Below are positions 1 through 6,015 of a stretch of DNA of 32,000 bases, in pieces. The notes under the pieces were generated by a model. That model saw only the letters and a list, made by a program, of their open reading frames with translations, had not been told where the DNA came from and searched no databases. The position numbers and the translations under genes were made by a program. Source of the stretch: Kiritimatiella glycovorans (lineage in GTDB: Bacteria > Verrucomicrobiota > Kiritimatiellia > Kiritimatiellales > Kiritimatiellaceae); contig NZ_CP010904.1 of NCBI RefSeq assembly GCF_001017655.1, positions 1,260,001-1,292,000 on the forward strand, written 5' to 3'. Position 1 is the stretch's first letter. Each line of letters starts with the position of its first letter.

Positions 1-104
1 CCGGAACCCCTCTACCTGCACTCCGCCGTGGCCGCCAGACCGCGGTTTGAATAAGTGAAACGAAGAGATTCTTTTCGCTGGCGAGAGGTTTTTTTTGCTT
101 TAGA

Positions 105-1202
105 ATGCCCCTGCGAATGGGGGGATTTACAATGAAGTCTTCAGAAGCTTTTTTGCGGGTCGGCTTGGCTTTTCTTCTGAGCGCGTCCTCCGCGATTGCC
201 ATCGTAACGGAGGATAACTCCACGGCGGAAACCGCACCTACGAACGCCGGCGCCGCGTGGGATATCGAGTGGGACTATGTGTATAACGTCAATCAGCCGG
301 GCAGCGGGGTAGCTATTGACGAATACTGGCTGCTGACGGCCGCGCATGTGGCCGATGACGGGAATGCTGCGCTTACGATCGGCGGGACCAACTACACCGC
401 CGTTCAGACCAATTATCATAATCAGGCCGATCTTGCCCTCATCCGCTATGACAAAGCGTTTCCGGGCTATTATCCCCTGTATACGAACGACTTTTCATCT
501 CAGCCCACAGGTGTACTGATCGGCTACGGGCAGACGGGCACCGTAACTTCCTTAATCAATGACTACTACAATTCCTCCGGCTCCGCGGGAACCAAACGCT
601 GGGGGTCCAATATTATTGAAGGACGGGAAACCAATGTGAGTTACACCATTGGCAGCGACGGGTGGACCAACGAAATGGTCCGCATGGGATTTGATCTGAG
701 TGACACGGACTATGAATGCGGTGTAGGCTTCGGCGATTCCGGCGGCGGGTTATTCGTGGAAGTGACCGGAACCTGGAAGCTGGCCGGGATCAACACGATC
801 CGGGAAGACGGCACATTCGGATATACAGGTCAGAAGGCGGTGGATCTTACGCAGTATAACGACTGGATCACCCAGACCGTTCCCGAACCCGGCAGCATGG
901 TGCTCATGAGCGGTTCGCTGGCGGGCGTGTTCGGCTTGCGGAGGCGGCGGAGATACGCGATCGAAAAGAGCCGGCAGCGCTTGCAAACCGTCGATCTGAC
1001 ACGCTCACCGCATCGTTATCGCGGCCAGGCCCGCCATTACCTCGGAATGTGGCGATTGGTGTTTGTCGTGCAGGACCGGATCGTGCGGCCGAATGCGAAC
1101 CGCCGGTCGCACAGGGACCTGATCGGCGATCTGCTGCTGCGATGGGACGACCTCCGGCTGCGTGCGGTCCATCGCCTGCTGCATCTTTTCCGCCGCAGTT
1201 GA
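105..1202 (+). CDS. Secreted trypsin-like (S1 family) serine peptidase with a PEP-CTERM sorting motif followed by an atypical ~82-codon tail
   Basis: 365-aa ORF. Signal-peptide-like N-terminus (alternative start MKSS at nt 132). Catalytic-triad contexts LTAAHV (His), DLALIRY (Asp), GDSGGG (Ser). VPEP, a hydrophobic stretch and RRRRR lie at nt 879-953. The ORF then continues to a stop at 1200-1202. Confidence 0.8.
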   Translation: MPLRMGGFTMKSSEAFLRVGLAFLLSASSAIAIVTEDNSTAETAPTNAGAAWDIEWDYVYNVNQPGSGVAIDEYWLLTAAHVADDGNAALTIGGTNYTAVQTNYHNQADLALIRYDKAFPGYYPLYTNDFSSQPTGVLIGYGQTGTVTSLINDYYNSSGSAGTKRWGSNIIEGRETNVSYTIGSDGWTNEMVRMGFDLSDTDYECGVGFGDSGGGLFVEVTGTWKLAGINTIREDGTFGYTGQKAVDLTQYNDWITQTVPEPGSMVLMSGSLAGVFGLRRRRRYAIEKSRQRLQTVDLTRSPHRYRGQARHYLGMWRLVFVVQDRIVRPNANRRSHRDLIGDLLLRWDDLRLRAVHRLLHLFRRS

Positions 1203-1309
1203 AGGATGCCGATTCTTATGACCCCCAGGAGAAATCCGGGCCGGCCCTTAATAACACTTGCTTTGTGTCATTATAGGGTTAGAGTAGAGCGCAAGAAAGG
1301 AGGTCGCAT

Positions 1310-1501
1310 ATGAAGGCATTGAATTTCATTGCGATGCTGTTGATTGTGATCGGGGCTTTGAACTGGGGGCTGTGGGGCATTTTCCAGTTCGACCTCGTCG
1401 CGGCCCTGCTGGGCGGTCAGAGTGCTGTGCTCAGCCGGATCGTCTACACGCTCGTAGGACTCGCCGGAGTCTACGGCATCCGTTTCCTCAAAACGGGCTG
1501 A
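1310..1501 (+). CDS. Small membrane protein, DUF378 family
   Basis: 63-aa ORF with two hydrophobic helices and the GALNWGL motif typical of DUF378. Strong RBS AAAGGAGG 6 nt upstream of the ATG. An intrinsic terminator follows. Confidence 0.8.
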   Translation: MKALNFIAMLLIVIGALNWGLWGIFQFDLVAALLGGQSAVLSRIVYTLVGLAGVYGIRFLKTG

Positions 1502-1534
1502 ACCCTGCCTGCCGATCCCTTCGGCGTAAAAGAA

Positions 1535-1570
1535 GGCGCGGCCCTGAAACGGCCGCGCCTTTCTGTTTCT
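1535..1570 (+). terminator. Rho-independent terminator downstream of the DUF378 gene
   Basis: Perfect 9-bp GC stem GGCGCGGCC (1535-1543) / GGCCGCGCC (1551-1559), 7-nt loop, then the T-rich tract TTTCTGTTTCT. Confidence 0.7.
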
Positions 1571-1632
1571 GAATAGACTTGAACCCCGCCCCCTTCTCCG
1601 GTACAACGCCGCTTTTTCCGCCATCGCCGAAA

Positions 1633-1709
1633 CGGGGTGTAGCTCAGCCTGGCAGAGCGCTACGTTCGGGACGTAGAAGTCGCTGGTTCGAATCCAGTCA
1701 CCCCGACCA
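1633..1709 (+). tRNA. tRNA-Pro (anticodon CGG)
   Basis: Folded by hand into a 77-nt cloverleaf. Acceptor stem CGGGGTG/CACCCCG, D arm GCTC-AGCCTGGCA-GAGC, anticodon stem CTACG/CGTAG with loop TTCGGGA (anticodon CGG), T arm GCTGG-TTCGAAT-CCAGT, discriminator A, encoded CCA. Confidence 0.95.
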
Positions 1710-2154
1710 TTTGGATCAAGAAAAATCCCTGCCTGAACCGCGAATGAACGCCAATCCACGCGAATAATACACTTCTGATATTCGCGTCCCTGCGCCTGAC
1801 GCAGGCTTGCCGCGTCCCTCCCTAGCCCGTCTTTCCCTGTTCGGCGGCGAAAACGCCTTTTTTTTGGTTCTACGTAAATTTTTATGGTGGAGCCGTTCGG
1901 GGAAGAGGCGGGATGGGGATTCACCACAGCGGTCACAGAGGATGCCGGAGTCGGAATGGGAGACGGCAAACGGTCGTAGTAGCGCCGCAAGCGCCCGAAG
2001 GGCCGGGGCGCGTCATACCGCTCGTAGTGGCGCCGCACGTCTGCCCCCGGCCGGCCAGGCGCGTGAAGATAACGGCCCTGGCCCTGCTTCGCAGGCCTGC
2101 GGGCCTACTACAAACTTTTTCCGCCTGAGTTCCACATGGGGACACCCGGTGAAT

Positions 2155-2267
2155 ATCGTACTCGTACTCAGCGAAGCGGTACGCGTACTCGAGTTCCTTG
2201 AACCGGGGGAGTGGGATCGCGCCTTCGGCGCTCCGAGTACGCGTACGAGTACGAGTAAGAGTACGAA
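2155..2267. repeat. GTAC-hexamer palindromic hairpin repeat, copy A (113 bp)
   Basis: Left arm ATCGTACTCGTACTCAGCGAAGCGGTACGCGTACTCGAG; right arm CTCCGAGTACGCGTACGAGTACGAGTAAGAGTACGAA. Perfect 13-bp inner stem GTACGCGTACTCG (2178-2190) / CGAGTACGCGTAC (2234-2246). Apical hairpin GCGCCTTCGGCGC. Homologous copies at 26637-26737 and, as the right half only, at 3945-3986. Confidence 0.85.
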
Positions 2268-2508
2268 AACGGCGGACGGCCTTCTGCTGTCCAGCAGAAT
2301 CCCTACCCTCACGCGCGGGTTCGGCCTGCACCTCTTGGGTAGGGCGCGATCTCCGCCGGTGGGGTGTCACTATGAAATACGCGAAAGAAGCCGCTTGCAT
2401 TGGCTCCTTTCGATTTCTAGACTTCGCCCCGTAAATAGAAGGCGCCGTTCCGGGAGATTCATCGGAGCCACGGCGCAAGACCCCCGAAAGGAGACCCCCC
2501 CGTTGCAG

Positions 2509-2546
2509 GGGAGCAGAAGTCCCGCGGGCGCATCCCCCGGATCGCG
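2509..2546 (+). repeat. 38-nt intergenic repeat module (GGGAGCAG....CCCGCGGGCGCATCCCCCGGATCGCG)
   Basis: 35/38 identical to 3915-3952. Here it is followed by a second CCCGCGGG octamer (self-complementary), which allows an 8-bp stem. Confidence 0.8.
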
Positions 2547-2644
2547 TTCCCGCGGGGCTTGTTGTTCACAGGGTTAGAACCCCGCGAATAATAATCGTTC
2601 ATTTTTAACAGCAATTATTGCGCCAGACATGAAAAGGAGGCGCT

Positions 2645-3631
2645 ATGGAAGACGACCGCTACCAATCCATGCCCTACCGCCGCTGCGGACACAGCGGACT
2701 CTCCCTGCCGGCGGTTTCGCTGGGGCTGTGGCACAATTTCGGCGCGGACGACGATCGTGACCACACCCGTGAAATAATCCGCACGGCCTTCGACCACGGC
2801 ATCACGCACTTCGACCTCGCCAACAATTACGGACCCCCGCCCGGGGAGGCCGAGGTTCGGTTCGGCGAAATACTTCAGCGCGATCTGGCCGGTCATCGGG
2901 ATGAGCTCATCATTTCGACCAAAGCAGGATTCCCGATGTGGCCCGGCCCGTACGGCGACGGAGGTTCGCGCAAATACCTCATCGCGAGTCTCGATCAGAG
3001 CCTCCGGCGCATGGATCTCGAATACGTGGATATTTTCTATCACCACCGCCCCGACCCCGGGACCCCGGTCGAGGAGACGGTCGGCGCCCTTGCCCACGCG
3101 GTGCACAGCGGCAAGGCGCTCTACGCGGGCATCTCGTCCTATTCCGCGGAAGAGACCAGAACCGCCGCGGCGTATATGCGCGAAGCCGGCATCCCCTGCC
3201 TGATCCACCAGGTCCAGTACCACATGCTGCTCAGGGATGCGGAAGATGCACTGTTCGATACCCTGGAGGATGAAGGTATCGGCGCAATCGCCTTCTGCCC
3301 GCTGGCGCAGGGCCTGCTGACCTCGAAATACCTGGAGGGGATCCCGGAGGGGTCACGGGCGGCGCGCGAAGGCACCTTCCTCGACCCGGAACAAATCGAC
3401 GCGAAAATTCAGAAGGCGTTGCGCGAAATGAATGAAATCGCCGCCGCGCGGGGCCAGACCCTCGCCCGGATGGCCGTATCCTGGGTGTTGCGCGACCCGC
3501 GTATGACTTCCGCCCTGATCGGGGCGAGCCGCGCGGACCAGGTGGTCGAGAACTGTGCCGCGACGCAGGATCCGCCTTTTGACGTCGAAGAACTGCGCCG
3601 CATCGACCGCATCCTGCAATCCGTATCTTAA
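2645..3631 (+). CDS. gpr: Aldo/keto reductase, YghZ/Gpr type (L-glyceraldehyde 3-phosphate reductase-like)
   Basis: 328-aa ORF with RBS AAGGAGG. By recollection it is collinear with E. coli YghZ over the full length: GLSLPAVSLGLWHNFG, GITHFDLANNYGPPPG, DELIISTKAG, PGPYGDGGSRKYL, GKALYAGISSY, ALIGASRADQ. Confidence 0.88.
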   Translation: MEDDRYQSMPYRRCGHSGLSLPAVSLGLWHNFGADDDRDHTREIIRTAFDHGITHFDLANNYGPPPGEAEVRFGEILQRDLAGHRDELIISTKAGFPMWPGPYGDGGSRKYLIASLDQSLRRMDLEYVDIFYHHRPDPGTPVEETVGALAHAVHSGKALYAGISSYSAEETRTAAAYMREAGIPCLIHQVQYHMLLRDAEDALFDTLEDEGIGAIAFCPLAQGLLTSKYLEGIPEGSRAAREGTFLDPEQIDAKIQKALREMNEIAAARGQTLARMAVSWVLRDPRMTSALIGASRADQVVENCAATQDPPFDVEELRRIDRILQSVS

Positions 3632-3671
3632 AGTTATGCCGGAGGACCCGCTGTTGACAGAACTATGTGGT

Positions 3672-3815
3672 CAGCGATTCTCATTATGGCTTCACCCTTT
3701 TCGGTCGGGGTGGCACCCGACCCTCCCAATGCCCGAAAATGCGTCGGATATCGACTCGGGAGGGACGGCTGCCACGCCGTCCGCGGTCGGAATGCGGCCA
3801 TAATGAGAACTGCTG
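3672..3815 (+). mobile_element. 144-bp MITE-like element, copy 1
   Basis: Terminal inverted repeats CAGCGATTCTCATTATGGC / GCCATAATGAGAACTGCTG. Flanking 9-bp direct repeats CTATGTGGT (3663-3671) and CTGTGTGGT (3816-3824). No credible ORF. Inserted into an ATGTGGT-GAAA-ACCACAT hairpin downstream of gpr. Confidence 0.85.
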
Positions 3816-3914
3816 CTGTGTGGTGAAAACCACATGGCAGGTTCGAAGTTCCGGCAGGGGGTTCCAACCAACCATTCCTGACATTTGCGTCCCTTCGCGA
3901 CCATTAGCGGTTCC

Positions 3915-3986
3915 GGGAGCAGTAACCCCGCGGGCGCATCCCCCGGATCGCGCCTCCGGCGCTCCGAGTACGCGTACGAGTACGAA
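3915..3986 (+). repeat. Chimeric repeat copy B: the 38-nt module fused to the right half of the GTAC-hexamer palindrome
   Basis: 3915-3952 matches 2509-2546. 3945-3986 (GGATCGCGCCTCCGGCGCTCCGAGTACGCGTACGAGTACGAA) matches the centre and right arm of copies A and C. The junction lies in the shared octamer GGATCGCG. Confidence 0.75.
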
Positions 3987-4517
3987 TTATGTGAATCCCG
4001 ATTTCTTCGAGACCCCATCCGTGCCATCGGTGTAATCCGGTGCGCCAAGCAAAGCTTGGCTGTTTCTAACTGAATGAAAGGAGTCAGTCGTGTGAATTGA
4101 TCGTTGCACATGTAGCCGACCCAGCGGTGATCGGGGGTAACCCCGGCGTCGAAGCCTGGGAAGGCGAACGCGCGAGCCGTAGCGAAAGCGAACTTGATTC
4201 AGCCTCGTTACACAAGTCGAGGGCGGCCAGCCTATCGGATATGATGAAGCCAGCACTTGTCGGGAAGGAACGGTCATATGCACCGGCAAGGCCCTCCGGG
4301 GTAACAAGAGACGGCGCGCGCAGAAAGAACAGCCAGGAACTTGGGAGGCCCGCCGTGATGTCGGGTAAGCCGACAAGCCCGTGGGGGAATCAATAACCTC
4401 GGGGGTGATCGCGTGCGGGAGTCGGAGAGGCTCGTAGTAGTGATGAAGCGGGGTAATGCCCGTGGAGCGAAGGGGTCTCGGCGGAAGACGAGCTGAGTAA
4501 GAAGCGCGGGGGACTGA

Positions 4518-5861
4518 TTGGTGAAACCTATGACAGAAGAAGCGACGGAGTACTATCGCATTGACGACAGACTCTTGCCGCCGAAACTCGCCGCGCTGAG
4601 ACAGAAGCTGAGTCAGAAGGCCAAACAGGAGAAGCGGTTTCGCTTCTACAGTCTCTATGGCCACATTGGCCGGGCCGACACTCTGCTGGCGGCATGGAAA
4701 CATGTACGCGCCAACGGCGGAAAAGAAGGCCCCGATGGTGTGACCATCGAGGACATCGAACAGAGTCAAGGAGGAGTCGAAGCCTTCTTGGCGGATATTG
4801 AACGCAGCCTGAAGGATCGAACCTACCGTGCTGGAAAAGTGCGGCGGGTCTACATCCAGAAGGTGAACGGGAAACTCCGTCCCTTGGGAATACCCTCGGT
4901 GCGGGATCGGGTCGTGCAGACCGCTACGGTTCTGATATTGGAACCGATCTTTGAAGCTGACTTCAAGGACTGCTCCCATGGGTTCCGGCCTGAGCGCTCG
5001 GCGCATGATGCGTTGAAGGCGATTGGACAGGAGCTCCGGCAAGGGCGGTGTGCGGTTTATGATGCGGATCTGGCCGGCTATTTCGACAGTATTCCACACG
5101 ACAAGCTCATCGCTTGTGTGCAGATGCGTGTCACCGACCGGTCCGTGCTGAAGCTGATCCGAATGTGGCTGAAAGCGCCGGTAGAGGAAACGGAGAAAGG
5201 CAAACCGCCGACCGTGAAGCGCAACGACAAGGGCACGCCGCAAGGCGGGGTCATTTCGCCGCTTCTGGCCAACATCTATCTGCACTGGTTCGATGCGGTG
5301 TTTTACCGCAAAGACGGACCGGCACGGTGGGCGAAGGCCAAACTGGTGAGGTACGCCGATGACTTCGTGGTCCTCGCCCGGTATATCGGTCCGCAACTCG
5401 AAGCGTTCATCGAAGCCAAGATAGAAGGGTGGCTCGGGCTGAAGATCAACCGGGACAAGACCCGGATACTCGATGCTCGGGAACCGGGGCAGACGCTGGA
5501 CTTTCTCGGATATAGCTTCCGCTATGACCGGGACCTCGGCGGACGCCCGTGCCGGTACTGGAACCTGACACCGTCGCGGAAAGCGCTCCAACGGGAACGT
5601 GATCGGCTTCGGGAGATGACCGGACCGGAACAATGCTTCAAACCTCTGCCGACGGTGATCGACGAACTCAACATGCAAATGCGAGGATGGGCAAACTACT
5701 TCTCGCTGGGTTATCCGCGTGTGGCATTCCGCCACGTCAATGGATACGTGCGACAGCGTCTCACGCGACATGCGAAACGACGCAGTCAGCGCGGCTACTG
5801 GCCCCCTGAAGGTATGAGCTACTACGCGCATTTCAAGAACATGGGACTGATCTACCTGTGA
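4518..5861 (+). CDS. Group II intron reverse transcriptase/maturase (no endonuclease domain evident)
   Basis: 447-aa ORF from a TTG at 4518 (ATG alternative at 4530). RT motifs include [45 protein letters not shown] and YADDFVVL. Maturase/X motif RGWANYF. The ORF ends shortly after domain X. Confidence 0.92.
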   Translation: MVKPMTEEATEYYRIDDRLLPPKLAALRQKLSQKAKQEKRFRFYSLYGHIGRADTLLAAWKHVRANGGKEGPDGVTIEDIEQSQGGVEAFLADIERSLKDRTYRAGKVRRVYIQKVNGKLRPLGIPSVRDRVVQTATVLILEPIFEADFKDCSHGFRPERSAHDALKAIGQELRQGRCAVYDADLAGYFDSIPHDKLIACVQMRVTDRSVLKLIRMWLKAPVEETEKGKPPTVKRNDKGTPQGGVISPLLANIYLHWFDAVFYRKDGPARWAKAKLVRYADDFVVLARYIGPQLEAFIEAKIEGWLGLKINRDKTRILDAREPGQTLDFLGYSFRYDRDLGGRPCRYWNLTPSRKALQRERDRLREMTGPEQCFKPLPTVIDELNMQMRGWANYFSLGYPRVAFRHVNGYVRQRLTRHAKRRSQRGYWPPEGMSYYAHFKNMGLIYL

Positions 5862-5887
5862 AACCATCCAACAAATGCCTTCCGCGA

Positions 5888-5920
5888 GAGCCGGATGCGG
5901 GAAATCCGCATGTCCGGTTC
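5888..5920 (+). ncRNA. Group II intron domain V (catalytic hairpin)
   Basis: GAGCCGGATGCGGGAAATCCGCATGTCCGGTTC. The AGC triad is in the basal helix GAGCCGG/CCGGTTC. There is a 2-nt bulge (GT) on the 3' strand, an upper helix ATGCGG/CCGCAT and a GAAA-type loop. Confidence 0.9.
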
Positions 5921-6015
5921 GACGAGGGGGAGGGCAGTCCGCGGTCATTGGCTATACGCCTCTCATCCCGTGGCTCCCTCTCTACTCTACTGGTAGAAAA
6001 TATAAGCGAATAACC

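Larger units (their letters stand above)
4040..5990 (+). mobile_element. Bacterial group II intron (about 1.95 kb) with an intact intron-encoded protein
   Basis: 5' end GTGCG at 4040. About 480 nt of structured sequence precedes the ORF. RT/maturase ORF lies in domain IV. Canonical domain V at 5888-5920. Domain VI helix GAGGGGGAGGG (5924-5934) / CCCTCTCT-A-CTC (5976-5987) has a bulged A at 5984, 7 nt from the proposed 3' end ...CTAC at 5990. The 3' boundary is inferred from this fold. Confidence 0.85.

Noticed and set aside
1-54. Possible 3' end of an upstream plus-strand CDS (…PEPLYLHSAVAARPRFE, stop at 52-54)
   Set aside because: Only 17 codons are visible, which is too short to support a call.
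1005-1184. 59-aa minus-strand ORF (MQQAMDRTQPEVVPSQQQ...) antisense to the tail of the protease ORF
   Set aside because: It could in principle explain the open frame after the PEP-CTERM motif. However, it has no RBS and no recognisable features, and its GC3 is no better than that of the sense frame. Evidence is insufficient to call it.
1843-1865. Weak hairpin GGCG-GCGAAAA-CGCC followed by T8, as a terminator for tRNA-Pro
   Set aside because: The stem is only 4 bp and lies about 135 nt after the tRNA. The sequence is part of a repeat module shared with 26507-26570, so it is reported under the repeat finding and not as a terminator.
2155-2267. Possibility that the GTAC-hexamer repeats are a CRISPR array or a coding tandem repeat
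   Set aside because: The units are 6 bp with no spacers, arranged as an inverted repeat around a hairpin, with no cas genes nearby. This is not CRISPR architecture. No frame is open with protein-like sequence.
1271-2577. 255-aa (minus) and 256-aa (plus) ORFs spanning the tRNA-Pro region and the repeats
   Set aside because: They run through the tRNA gene, the DUF378 gene in antisense, and the palindromic repeats. They have no RBS and no protein-like sequence. Peptides such as STRTSTSKST are simply translations of the GAGTAC hexamers.
1633-2644. Integrated island at tRNA-Pro delimited by a duplicated tRNA 3' end
   Set aside because: No second copy of the tRNA 3' segment (GGTTCGAATCCAGTCACCCCGACCA or a substantial part of it) occurs in the window. 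No integrase gene lies adjacent to the tRNA.
3667-3867. Recurrent 'conserved' peptides (e.g. SDSHYGFTLFGRGGTRPSQCPKMRRISTREGRLPRRPRSECGHNEN) in ORFs at 3667, 12519, 13452 and 23019
   Set aside because: The conservation is at the DNA level: these are translations of the 144-bp MITE. The frames are not preserved relative to any start codon, and the ORFs extend into unrelated flanks.
3987-5948. 653-aa ORF on the minus strand
   Set aside because: It lies entirely antisense to the group II intron and its RT/maturase gene. The sequence is Arg/Pro/Ser-rich with no motifs. This is a typical antisense open frame in GC-rich DNA.
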